Assembly (NCBI GenBank): GCA_964016885.1
Contig: OZ024741.1
Coordinates: 328,600,001-328,664,000, forward strand
DNA: 64,000 nt
Origin: Eledone cirrhosa
Lineage: Eukaryota
Direction of reading: 5' to 3'
Positions 14,626 through 27,812 of this stretch are shown one piece after another (position 1 is the stretch's first letter; each line of letters begins with the position of its first letter). Position numbers and translations under genes: made by a program. Under the pieces are notes generated by a model. That model was not told the origin of the DNA and did no database searches. It was given only the letters and a program-made list of their open reading frames with translations.

Positions 14626-15029
14626 CTTTGAAACTTGAGCAGTATCTTCGAGGAAACCTTACATGCTGAGCGCCTGCCACAAAAACTATAGCACTTACCG
14701 CATAATCTCAATGAAACCATCTCTTCAAGGCCACATTCAACAACGTTATCGACCCCAACATAAGCATGTGGAAACCAGATTATTTATATGTATGTATATG
14801 TATATGTTTTAATTGTTATACATTGGTGCCAGTGAAAAACACAAACCTGTTGGTTTTCATTTAAATGTATTATGAATATCTTAACATTTAGTTTAAATAA
14901 TTATTAAGATAGTTGAAAAACTAAGTATTCCCATAAAAGTCCTAATTAGTAGAACATATCCTTTTCAGAAAAAAACACTACACTAACGTATTGTCTGCAA
15001 ACTAAGCCCACAAATGGGTCATCAAATCA

Positions 15030-15613
15030 GTCTATTTATATCTTTTGATGCCTTCCGCATTTAGTGGGAATACTATGATGCATGTCTTAGCAGGAGGTAG
15101 TGGGAGGGAATAGCGGCGGTAGCGATAATGAGGCAGTGGTGGTGGTGGTGGTGCTATGCTAGTAGTACTTAGCAGGAGGTAGTGGGAGAGAATAGCGGCG
15201 GTAGCGATAATGAGGCAGTGGTGGTGGTGATGTGATCGTAGTACTGTAGTGATGGTGTTGAAGTTGAAATAGAAATATAAATTGAGGTAACTTGACTAAA
15301 GATTTTGGCGTGGTAGTGGTGATGGTGGCGGTGGTGGTATTGGTGGTGAAATTATTTGCCTGTCTGTCCACTTAGCCATTTTGCCATTTTTCTCTTTTTC
15401 GACTATAACATTTCTGATCCAAAATTAAATATTAAATATTGGGGCCCTATGACGTAAAGTGATGCGTTGTGGCTTGCTGATCGTAAAAATAAAAAAATAT
15501 ATAATCTTATACTTCATTTGTAATAAGAATTATTCTATCACAGTTGTTTTAAATAAGTAAAAATCAAAAACTTACGGGAGCGATTATATATCCACCATGT
15601 GCATTTTCTTCCC
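15030..15613 (-). mobile_element. Orphan Dong-type 5' leader with no coding body
   Basis: Shares GTCTAT..ATAT.TTTTGATGCCTTCC and AAAACTTACGGGAGCGATT with D1/D2 5' regions; internal tandem duplication of about 60 bp. Confidence 0.7.
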
Positions 15614-15616
15614 TTA

Positions 15617-15675
<59 letters not shown>

Positions 15676-15676
<1 letters not shown>

Positions 15677-18600
15677 AGTTGCATTTATCTTGCTTTATGT
15701 TCATACGAGTTATCACCAAGTCACAACCAGTGACCTCAAGAGACAACAAGGTTCGCCATGTTCAAGAAAGAACATACATATTCACACATGCATCTTTAGT
15801 GTTTAGACTTGTGATGTACTTACATTGACAGAATCTTCCTCAGTATATGGGCAGTTCCCATTAGTACTATCTATTGTATTTCTCCTATACGCGGGTTTCC
15901 TGGGATTTGCGATAAGTAATCATTAGACCCCTTAGGTATCATTCCCAGAGCGCCTACAACCACTGGTATTGTTTTAGTTCTCAATTTCCACATTTTTCCA
16001 ATTTCTATCTCCAGGTCCTTATACTTGCTCAATTTTTCAAATGTTTTTATAGATACATTCTTGTCTATTGGAACAGACATATCAATTAGCAGGCATACCC
16101 TCTTTTGAAAGTCCTTCAATATTATATCAGATCCATTTGCATCTATTTTTTGGTCTGTTTGGATGCTAAAGTTCCACAAGATTGAGATGTGATCTTTTTC
16201 AAGTATGGGAGGTGGTTGATGCTCCCACCAATTCTTTTGATGGGGCAGGTCAAAATACTTACACATTATCCAATGTATGTATTGTGCAGCTCTGTCATGC
16301 CTGTTTAGGTATTCGGTTGGAGCTATAGGACTGCACATTGAAGTTATATGGTCAATGGTCTCTGGTTGTTTTTTGCATACACGGCATAATGGGCTGCATC
16401 CATTTTTTATTATGTTGGCTTGGTAATTTTTTGTTGGCAGACACTGATCTTGTGCTGATATAATCAGTCCTTCAGTCTCCGATTTCAGTCCTGAGGATGT
16501 TTTCTCAGGGTATTTTCCATACAGAGGCTTGTCTTGCCATTTCTTAGCCAGTTTCTGTAGCAGTTCTTTCTTTGCAGTTACTTTTACTTGCTTTGCTTTT
16601 TCTGTGTTTTCCATTTCAGCAGTAAATGGGACTTCTGAAATTTGTAGTTCATTACTGTATCTTTGTGCATCTTTTGTAATGGAATATGATCTTTTGGTGC
16701 TTTCATGTTTCAAAACGAGTTTGATCATCCAAACATGTGATTCCCTTAGATATGTAGATAATCCAATTGTTGCAGTTTTCAACGCAATGTCTAACTGGAT
16801 TGACCCACGTCCTCCTTCTTTCCTAGGGAGATATATTCTATCTATATCTGCCTTAGGGTGATGCATTCTGTGCATGGTTAAGAATTTTCGAATTTTTGTA
16901 TCGAGCCTACGGATCTCTGTGCTTGACCAGTTGATGACATTGTAACTGTAGGTTACTACTGGTATGGCAAGCGGGTTTATGGCATCGATCCTATTCCTTG
17001 CATTCAATTCCGTTCTTAAGATTGCTCTTACTCTGCGGTAACATTCCTTCCTTATCCTTTCCCTCATTGTCGAGTGCTTGATTCCGTCTCCTTCACAAAC
17101 ACCTAGATATTTGTAAATTTTTCCTTGATCAAGTTCTCTTATCACGTTCCCCCCGATCAAGATTAATGTCTGAACTCTTCAGCAGCTTTCCTCTGGTGAA
17201 CGTTGCTTTGGCGCATTTATCTAGTCCAAACTCCATTTTAATGTCATCACTGAACTGCTCCACAGTGGATAATAGCCCTTGCAATTGTTCATCATTTTTT
17301 GCAAATAGTTTCAGGTCATCCATGTAGAACAAGTGATTAATGGTTTTGTCATAGACTTTATATCCATGTTTTGTTTCATTGAGCATTTTACTTAATGGTA
17401 TAAGTGCGATGCAGAATAAAAGCGGTGATAAAGAGTCACCTTGAAAAATTCCACAATTAATATTAACTTCTCCAGCTTCCAGTGATTTTGTTTCACTATT
17501 CAAAAGGAGTGTCGTTTTCCATGTCTTCATACTGAATGACAAAAACCTCCTGACAACGGGGGATATTTTAAAAATCTCTAAACATTTTTCACTCCAACTG
17601 TGTGGCAAACTATCGAATGCTTTTTTATAATCTATCCAAGCAATCGATAGATTTTTGTGTCTATTATGACAATCTTCCAGTATCATTTTGTTAATCAAAA
17701 GCTGATTCTTACAGCCATATGAGCCTCGTTTACACCCTTTCTGCTCAATGGGAAATAGGTCATTTGTTATCAGGTGGTCATATGTGTATTCAGTTAGGAC
17801 TGATGTTAAAATGTTATACATTTTGGTCAAGCAAGTTATCGGTCTGTAATTTTTGGGATTGTTTGTGTCATCATTCTTCGGAAGCAGGAATGTAATGCCA
17901 TTAACTAGCCATGATGGTATCTTTTCTGGTTCCTTAACTATTTCATTGTAATGTTGGGCTAACAGCTCATGAGACTCTGTGAAGGCATTTATCCAAAAAT
18001 GTTGTATTTTGTCTTTTCCTGGGGATTTCCATTTGCTGTTTTTTCTTAGAGCCAAGCGCAACTGTTCAACTGTTATATTTTCCCATATTTGTTCCTCAAG
18101 GTGAGCTGTATCTTTCATTTGTCTGTCTATCCATGGGGCCTGTATGTTATGAACTTTTCCTTCGGCCCAGATCTTTTCCCAGAATTCTTGCACTTCCTCT
18201 TTGGGTGGTATTGATTTAGCAGTTATTGTTGACTTACCAATTTTTCTGTAGAAGTTTCTTTGGTTGTTTTTGAACATATTATTGTCCTTATAGAATCTAG
18301 ATCGTTTTTCAAAGCGCCTTATACGAGCAGATTTGGCCGACACTTTTTGCTTGATTATTTCTATCAGCATGTCTATGTCACTTGTTGATTTTATACTGTA
18401 CTTTCTTTTCAATGTTCTAACTTTAGTTTGTTTAACATGTTCACCTACTTTATAGTTTGTTAAAATTTCTATGTCAGATCGGAGAAGGTTTATTTGGCGA
18501 TTGATGTTCTCTTGCCAAGTAGATTTCTTGTGGGAATTCCTTTGTTTTTTCATCTTCACTCCACATAAGTGAGTGGTGACTTTAGCCGATGCATAATAGA

Positions 18601-20620
18601 GATGATTTAAATCAGTAATGTTTAGTTTGTTTGTGATGATAACGTTTTTGAGAATTATGTTAGTCTTGTGTATTATCTTTTGGTTCTGTTTGGAGTTCTG
18701 GATCTTAGGGAGGGTGTCTCGTTGCCCTATGTCATATTCTTTCATTTTCATCCATTCGATCATAATTTCATCCTTCAAGTTGGCAAGTTCATTCTCATTC
18801 ATTTCTTTATCATTTACGATCTCATTATTTTCATTTGGAGTTTCATCCTGAGCATGCACTCACTCCACTTTTTCGATCTTTTCTTTAATTTGTTCTGTTG
18901 CCAGTGATTCCGCCCCAACCCTGGGATTAGAAGTGTTACAATTTACTTCGTTTTCACTGACACATGTTTCATTTTCCCTTCGCTAACTTTGTGCTAATAG
19001 CTTGATCTGATCAATTTCTATATCAGTTAGTAACTTTTTTCTTACAATATTTCTTCGTATATTGGCTAGTTTGTTACTGTCAATATAGCCTCTGTTTTCG
19101 GGATGTTTCTTTTTCCAGTTGATATATGTCTGTTCTGTATTCGATGTATTTGATGGGTAGTACATGGCAGTGTAGAAAGCCTCAAGGACTTCTTTATTAT
19201 CTTCCCTTGACCATTTTTCTCTCTTTTTCTTTGGATTTCTTGGTGGTGAGCATGGAGGGCCAACAGTAGGAGTATTCCGGTTATGGGAGGTCTCCAGCTC
19301 CGAAGTGACGGGAAGGTTTGAACCATTAGCTGATTTTTCGACCCCAGTCTGGTTCCTCTCTGAGGGACGCGGCCCTTTTTTATCCGGGTGACGGCCGATC
19401 CGGTATGAGATTTTATCATTAGACATTTACTTTATTTTGTCGCGTTTTATCCTTATCCGCCAAGGGGTAATCATTTCGTGTTACCACTTCTAGAACGAGT
19501 GTCAACCAAGACTAGAGGGGTCGTTCTCCTCTAGAGACACGGCTATTCCCCGCCGACCGCCATCCCGGTATTTCTTGGTCACAGGCTTTATTTTTGTTGT
19601 TTTTTTTAAATTGTTATTATCATGAGTGGTTCCTTAATGTGAGCATTGCGTGGCTTAAGAATTAAATTATTAATAATTGTCTTCACTCCAGGCACAAGGC
19701 CAGCAATCACCCAGTACATTACAATAATATAATATACTTTTTGCTGAAGTTGCCTGTTATTGTTGTTGGCTATGTCGGTGGTGGTGCTGGGGCTTTTCAT
19801 ATTGTTGGTGAGGAAGGGGGGAGCCAGCAGTGCCATAGTTGTTGACGTTTGGCCGGTGGCCAGGTCACTAAGTCAATCTATTTATATCTTTTGCTAGCCT
19901 CTCCCTTGTCTAGTGATACCGCCACCTTCCCCTTTCTTAAGTTAACAGGGGAATAGTGGTGGTAGCAATAAAGGAGTGGTGGCGGCGGTGATGGGATAGT
20001 GGTAGCAATGATGGATGTAGTGGTGGCGGCGGTGGCGTTGTCGTTACTGAGTTTTGTGATATGTAGTATCTATGAGTTTGTGTCGCGTATGTTTAATATA
20101 TGTGTTAAATAGACTAGTTTTGTTTGATCTGTAGTATCTATGCGCTTGTGTCGCGTATGTTTAATATATATTGTGTTGACATATTCCCGTAAAATTGGAA
20201 TTAAACATTTTGTTAAAACTTGAGACAATAATAATAGTAATTATTATTATGATGCTCGGATTGGTGGTGGTGAAATTGCCGTTATCTGGCTGTTATATTT
20301 AGTGTGATGGGGTAGGTGGTGTATCAAGTTTCTGGTGTTGGTGAAATTGCTGTGATTTGGCTGTTCTATATAGTGTAGACAGAGGGTGTTTTCTTCCATT
20401 TATAACCATTTTCTTTTTTGAATACAAAATATATAATACAAAATTGAATATTTGAGCGATATAACAATATAATATGGATCCGAAATTTTATGAGACTTGC
20501 TTCGGTGGTTTATGCATCATTTTTACTAAGAATTGTTATTTCACAATTGATTTAAATATGTTAAAAATCAAAAACTTAAGGGAGCGATTTCATTACCTTC
20601 TACCACCACGTGCGTCTTCT
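15676..20620 (-). mobile_element. R4/Dong family D2, full-length
   Basis: 3' end abuts (TTA)n; ORF from ATG 19426 with Myb-like KWSRED..., RT (YMDD), CCHC and nuclease; about 1.2-kb 5' region homologous to the D1 leader, containing a short SINE-tail fragment near 19690. Confidence 0.92.
15820..19426 (-). pseudogene. Dong D2 ORF (Myb-like, RT, CCHC, restriction-like endonuclease), disrupted
   Basis: ORFs 18983-19426, 17129-18859 and 15871-17160 joined by frameshifts; premature stop at 15871; small deletion near 16500. Confidence 0.92.
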
Positions 20621-20621
20621 T

Positions 20622-20714
<93 letters not shown>

Positions 20715-20720
20715 GTTATT

Positions 20721-22687
20721 CCTTGAATCTCAGTCATTGATGTTGGTTAACTGGAAAGTCCGTTGGATTGAATATCAAGCCACTACCTGCAGCCTCAGAT
20801 ATTCAGGACGTATCGGAGGGTTCTTGCTGTTCCAAGCAAGCATGCCTTTTGAAGCGTTCCAAAAAGCGTGAAGGGGCCGATTTTCTTTAACCATCCCTGG
20901 AAACCTTTGGAGATAGTCCCCAGTGCGGCTATGACAATCGGGATCACTTTGACTTCATGGCAGTTCCAAATCCTTTTCACCTCCCACTTTAGGTCCTGGT
21001 ATCGGTTAATTTTCTCCCTCTCCGCCTCTTGCCTATGCTCATACCATTTCTCAGAATGTGGTAGATTGTTTACTTTGCACAGGTGCCAGTGGATCACCCT
21101 GCCCATCACATCGTGTCTCCAGCCCTTATAGTGGGTCTGGGCTAGGTGTTTACACTCGGACACAATGTGAGCCACAGTCTCCTCTCTCTCTCCACAGATC
21201 CTGCACAGTGGGCTAGCCTCCTCCTTGTAGATATGGTGCTTCAACCACTTCGTTTTGAGGGCCTGCTCCTGCGCAGCGATTAGCATTCCTTCTGTAGCCT
21301 TTTTGAGGTCTCCTCTTCTCAACCAGTTCCATGTCTGTGGATCTCTAAATTCAGTTTTCTCAAAGAAGGTACTATGAAGGGATTTTCCCTTAAGGCTGCT
21401 CTTCCTCCTTGATGTTATTTCCTCCTTGGATATCCCCTGGCCTACTGTCCCCTCCTTCAGTACAGCTCTGAGCATTGGCTCCTTACTATAGGTCACGTAT
21501 TTGTATAGGTTGTTTTTCTCCATCTGAACACAGTCCTCTATGCTGATAAGACCTCTTCCACCCTCAGATCTCCTTAGGTAGAGTCTATCGACATCACTCC
21601 TCTTGTGGAACATGTTGTAGATAGTCAATAGCTTCCTAGTCTTCCTATCCATTTCTTTTTGTTCAGCAACATTCCATCTCAGAATTCCCGCACTGTACCT
21701 AATAATAGACACACCTCGGGAATTTACTGCGCTTATGGCATTTCTGCTGTTCAGATGTGACTTCAATACGCTCCTTACTCTCCGAATGTATTCAGTTCTT
21801 AACAATTCCTTCATTTTTTTGTTCTTTATGCCATCAGCCTCCAGAACGCCCAAATACTTGTATCCTTCCTCAGAGTCAATTTCCTTTATCATCTCACCTG
21901 TTGGTATCTGGATCCCGTTACTTCTGCTCAACCTACCCCTCCTCATCACAATGACTCCACATTTACCAATACCAAACTGCATACATATATCACTGCTGAA
22001 AATACGGACAGTGTCAACAAGCACATCCAACTCCTTCTCACTTTTCCCGAAGAGCTTAAGATCGTCCATGAAGAGGAGGTGATTGATGGTAAGCTCTCCC
22101 CTTCCCAACTTGTATTCTGCTCTCACTTTTCGCAGCATAATGGTCAAGGGCATCAGGGCAAGGACAAACAACAGAGGGGACAGGCTATCTCCCTGGAAGA
22201 TACCTCTCTTGATCTTCACGCTTCCCAAGGATACTCCAGTTGATGTCAACTCTGTCTCCCAGGACCCCATACTCCTGCCCAGCAACTGTCTGATGTTATC
22301 TGCCACCCTGAAGATCTCCAGGCTTTTGGTGATCCAGGAATGAGGCACCATGTCAAATGCCTTTCTGTAGTCTATCCATCCCATGGCAAGATCAGTGTGT
22401 CTCCTCCTGCAATTCCCCATTACCATCTTATCAATAAGCAACTGGTCCTTTGTACCACGTGACTTCTTTCGGCATCCTTTCTGTTCGTCCGGCAACAAGT
22501 TGTTTGTGTGGAGGTGATGGTAGATTTCCTCAGACACAATGCTCGTCAACAGTTTCCACATTACGGGCAGACATGTGATAGGTCTATAGTTGGTAACATC
22601 ATTACCCTTGATTCGGTCTTTCATTATCAGAACTGTGGTACCTTTTGTCAACCACTCTGGCACCTCACCCGACACCAAGCAGTCATT
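20721..22687 (-). mobile_element. R4/Dong family D1, 5'-truncated, nuclease core deleted
   Basis: ORF 20795-22678 is nearly identical to the D1 copy at 54627-57785 but lacks VMENSQ...VQEK; (TTA)n on both sides. Confidence 0.95.
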
Positions 22688-22711
22688 ATTATTATTATTA
22701 TTATTATTATT

Positions 22712-22820
22712 TCAACCTCTGTTTTTTTACACGCAGAAATGCCCATTTGTACCGTCCTGTATTGTCCTGTACTGTCCTTAATGTCTACTTTATGTGAACC
22801 CTTGTGGTTAATAAAGAAAA

Positions 22821-22822
<2 letters not shown>
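22712..22822 (+). mobile_element. Tx1 3'-terminal stub (about 110 bp)
   Basis: Matches the Tx1 3' UTR end at 36950-37059 including AATAAAGAAA; embedded in (TTA)n. Confidence 0.9.
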
Positions 22823-22860
<38 letters not shown>

Positions 22861-22872
22861 GTTATTGTTATT

Positions 22873-25800
22873 CCTTGAATCTCAGTCATTGATGTTGGTT
22901 AACTGGAAAGTCCGTTGGATTGAATATCAAGCCACTACCTGCAGCCTCAGATATTCAGGACGTATCGGAGGGTTCTTGCCGTTCCAAGCAAGCATGCCTT
23001 TTGAAGCGTTCCAAAAAGCGTGAAGGGGCCGATTTTCTTTAACCATCCCTGGAAACCTTTGGAGATAGTCCCCAGTGCGCCTATGACAATCGGGATCACT
23101 TTGACTTCATGGCAGTTCCAAATCCTTTTCACCTCCCACTTTAGGTCCTGGTATCGGTTAATTTTCTCCCTCTCCTTCTCTTGCACTCTCGTGTCGAACG
23201 GGCAGGCCACATCCACAATCAGGCACGATCTTTTTTCTTTGTCCACAACCACCAGGTCAGGTCTATTGTGTTCCAGTTTTTTGTCCGTCTGAAATCCTAA
23301 AATCCCACAGCACCTTCACCTGACTGTTCTCCATCACCGCCTCTGGTCTATGCTCATACCATTTCTCAGAATGTGGTAGATTGTTTACTTTGCACAGGTG
23401 CCAGTGGATCACCCTGCCCATCACATCGTGTCTCCAGCCCTTATAGTGGGTCTGGGCTAGGTGTTTACACTCGGACACAATGTGAGCCACAGTCTCCTCT
23501 CTCTCTCCACAGATCCTGCACAGTGGGATAGCCTCCTCCTTGTAGATATGGTGCTTCAACCACTTCGTTTTGAGGGCCTGCTCCTGCGCAGCCATTAGCA
23601 TTCCTTCTGTAGCCTTTTTGAGGTCTCCTCTTCTCAACCAGTTCCATGTCTGTGGATCTCTAAATTCAGTTTTCTCAAAGAAGGTACTATGAAGGGATTT
23701 TCCCTTAAGGCTGCTCTTCCTCCTTGATGTTATTTCCTCCTTGGATATCCCCTGGCCTACTGTCCCCTCCTTCAGTACAGCTCTGAGCATTGGCTCCTTA
23801 CTATAGGTCACGTATTTGTATAGGTTGTTTTTCTCCATCTGAACACAGTCCTCTATGCTGATAAGACCTCTTCCACCCTCAGATCTCCTTAGGTAGAGTC
23901 TATCGACATCACTCCTCTTGTGGAACATGTTGTAGATAGTCAATAGCTTCCTAGTCTTCCTATCCATTTCTTTTTGTTCAGCAACATTCCATCTCAGAAT
24001 TCCCGCACTGTACCTAATAATAGACACAGCTCGGGAATTTACTGCGCTTATGGCATTTCTGCTGTTCAGATGTGACTTCAATACGCTCCTTACTCTCCGA
24101 ATGTATTCAGTTCTTAACAATTCCTTCATTTTTTTGTTCTTTATGCCATCAGCCTCCAGAACGCCCAAATACTTGTATCCTTCCTCAGAGTCAATTTCCT
24201 TTATCATCTCACCTGTTGGTATCTGGATCCCGTTACTTCTGCTCAACCTACCCCTCCTCATCACAATGACTCCACATTTACCAATACCAAACTGCATACA
24301 TATATCACTGCTGAAAATACGGACAGTGTCAACAAGCACATCCAACTCCTTCTCACTTTTTCCGAAGAGCTTAAGATCGTCCATGAAGTGGAGGTGATTG
24401 ATGGTAAGCTCTCCCCTTCCCAACTTGTATCCTGCTCTCACTTTTCGCAGCATAATGGTCAAGGGCATCAGGGCAAGGACAAACAACAGAGGGGACAGGC
24501 TATCTCCCTGGAAGATACCTCTCTTGATCTTCACGCTTCCCAAGGATACTCCAGTTGATGTCAACTCTGTCTCCCAGGACCCCATACTCCTGCCCAGCAA
24601 CTGTCTGATGTTATCTGCCACCCTGAAAATCTCCAGGCTTTTGGTGATCCAGGAATGAGGCACCATGTCAAATGCCTTTCTGTAGTCTATCCATCCCATG
24701 GCAAGATCAGTGTGTCTCCTCCTGCAATTCCCCATTACCATCTTATCAATAAGCAACTGGTCCTTTGTACCACGTGACTTCTTTCGGCATCCTTTCTGTT
24801 CGTCCGGCAACGAGTTGTTTGTGTGGAGGTGATGGTAGATTTCCTCAGACACAATGCTCGTCAACAGTTTCCACATTACGGGCAGACATGTGATAGGTCT
24901 ATAGTTGGTAACATCATTACCCTTGATTCGGTCTTTCATTATCAGAACTGTGGTACCTTTTGTCAACCACTCTGGCACCTCACCCGACACCAAGCAGTCA
25001 TTGAACATGGCCGTCAGCTTCGGGTGGAGGGATGTTAAATGTTTAATCCAATACCCCTGCACACCATCTGGGCCTGGTGATTTCCAGTTGGTTAGTTTTT
25101 TGGCTTGCCCCTTAAGGGTTTCAACTGTGATACTCAAATCAGTCTGTTGCTGTCCCTGCTCACCGATCTCCCTCTGTACTGTCTCAATCCACCCTGCCTG
25201 GGCATTGTGTCTAACATCCTGCTCCCATATTCCTCTCCAGAATGTTTTAGCTTGTTCCGCCCCAAGGATCAAGTCGTTGCCTCTTTCTTTCCCCTCAAGC
25301 TGTCCAAACAGCATCTTCTGGTTGTTGTCGAACATGCGGTTCTGTTTATACTGACTGACTCTGTTCTCGTATCGCCTGATTTTGGCACTCTTTGCTACAA
25401 TGCGTTGCTTCAATTCCTCTATGATAATATTTCGCTTTTTACTCCTAGTTTTGTATTTTATTTCCAGTCTATTTTTAGTGCCTATGTTTTTTAGTGTCCC
25501 ATTCAGTAGTGACTCAAGCTTTCCTATGTCATTTCTCATTTCCTCGATTTGCCCACTCAGTCGCTTCTTCCACCACGGCTCTGCTCTTTCTTGTCTGTTG
25601 TTTCCTCTCGCTTTTATACCAAGTAGTTTCCTCACCGTATTTGCTGTTGCTTTGAGGATATTGTTGCACTGGTGAAGACTCCTCGCCTCAAGGTATGGGA
25701 TGACTTTGTTTACCTTAGCTGTTGTTTCTTTTAACTTTTTCCTGTCTACAAATCTTAGGTTCATAGGTCTCCCACTATCATTGTTCAACTCATCTACCAC

Positions 25801-27742
25801 TAAATTTAGGATGTCAACCGAATCTTGTCCTAGCCCGTCAGCATTCATCTCCTCAGTGGCCGTATCTCTGTTCCAGGTATTATTTATCTCAGTATTCAGA
25901 TCATTGTCTGCTTCGGGTGGTTCTTCCGTTCTCAGGACCTCCTCACCTTCATTTCCCGCCGGCTCGCTTGTCTGGCATACTACACCCGCCATCTCCAAGC
26001 CATCTCCAAGCCATTCTCTCTGCTCAGTTCCTCCAGTTCCAGCTCGCTTATCCACCCATTAGTTCTTATTACCCGAGCCTGCCCGGCCAATTTTTGTTCA
26101 TCTAATTTAAATAAACCAATCTCGTTCCAGATGTTATGCATCCGTCTCCTGTAGCCCCTCTCCTTGGGGTTACTTTTCAGGTAGCATTGCATAACAGTTC
26201 TATTCAATTATTTCGTCCAGTTGGTTCTGGCCCCTTTCCTTCTTCTTCTTCCTCCAACATCAGCAGTATTTGGTTGACAGTCAGGTTCCTGCTGCTGAGC
26301 CAGGGGTCACCTGTTGGGTGAGAGTCTGTCACATGACGTTCTAGTCTCCATTTCACCGTTATTCGAACTGTTTATGTTCGATATTTAAACACTCTTATCG
26401 AGGATTGGCGAATGTATGTTTACATAGCCATCTGTGGATCCGCCATCCCACTTGGCCCTTGTGTGGCATTATCACCACGCTGTATACGGACACACATAAA
26501 CAAACAAACACACGGGCAGAAAGGGCCCCAAAAATGAATAAGCATAAGTTTCATTGTAATGTAGTATTCGAATGTCTGACTTAGTTTTTGTTTTTTAAGT
26601 TTTACTTTTTCCCCCCTCTTCTCTGTCCGTCCGCCTGCTTCTCTCTTCATTCTTATTTTCTTTACGTTTTTGGGGTTTCTTTTTTTGTTTTTGTTTTTCT
26701 CTGTTTGTTTTTCTCGTTTTTTGCTGTTGTTGCTGTGCTGCTTTTGTTGTTTGTTTTTTCTTTTTTCTTTTGAGTCTATCTATATATTTTGATGCCTTCC
26801 TCTTTGTTAGTAGTAGGAATTCTATAATGTGGAAGTGGCAGCCAGCAGAGACTGGCGGCGTTGGCGATACTGAGACAGTGGTGGTGGTGATGTCGATACC
26901 GAGGCAGTGGTGGCGGTGATGCGACCGTATTACTGTAGTGATGGTGCTGTAGCGGTGGCAGCAGCAGTGAAGGAGTCAAGGGGTGGTGGCGGCGGTGATG
27001 GGATAGTGGTGGTAATGATGGCCGTAGTGAGCGGTGGCGGTGAAGGTGAAAATGCTGTTGTGTCTAGTGTACACAGATGATGGGGTGGGTGGTGTATCTA
27101 GTTTCTGGTGTTGGTGAGTTTAGCTGTCCTATATAGTGTAGCCAGAGGAGAGGAGGGGGGGGGTTCTTCTTCTTCCATTAATAGCCATTTTTTATTTTTT
27201 TTTTTTGGATATACAGTGTACAATACAAAGTTGAATATTTGAATATTTGAGCCGTATTACTGTAGTGATGGTGCTGTAGCGGTGGCAGCAGCAGTGAAGG
27301 AGTCAAGGGGTGGTGGCGGCGGTGATGGGATAGTGGCGGTAACGATGGCCGTAGTGAGCGGTGGCGGTGAAGGTGAAAATGCTGTTGTGTTTAGTGTACA
27401 CAGATGATGGGGTGGGTGGTGTATCTAGTTTCTGGTGTTGGTGAGTTTAGCTGTCCTATATAGTGTAGCCAGAGGAGAGGAGGGGGGGGGGTTCTTCTTC
27501 TTCCATTTATAGCCATTTTTTTTTGGATATACAGTGTACAATACAAAGTTGAATATTTGAATATTTGAGCCTTATAATAATATATTTTGGGTCCGAATTT
27601 TTTTGGGGCTCAAGCCGGGTGCTTTACGTAGCATTTGTACTAAGAGTTGTTATTTCACAAATGATTTAAATGTGTTAAAAATTCAAAGCTTACGGGAGCG
27701 ATTTCATGACCTCCGAGCGATTTCATGACCTCCGTCACCTCG

Positions 27743-27743
<1 letters not shown>
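22873..27743 (-). mobile_element. R4/Dong family D1, full-length, disrupted
   Basis: Collinear with 54319-58850; stop near 26208, 11-bp duplication near 26000, frameshift near 23290; tandem duplication of about 320 bp in the 5' region (26924-27570). Confidence 0.95.
22947..26351 (-). pseudogene. Dong D1 ORF
   Basis: ORFs 25980-26207, 23263-26055 and 22947-23252 reconstruct the same protein as 54393-57785. Confidence 0.93.

Positions 27744-27811
<68 letters not shown>

Positions 27812-27812
<1 letters not shown>

Noticed and set aside
21735-22343. Antisense ORFs recurring in Dong and Tx1 copies
   Set aside because: Recurrence reflects near-identity of young copies; no recognisable domains.
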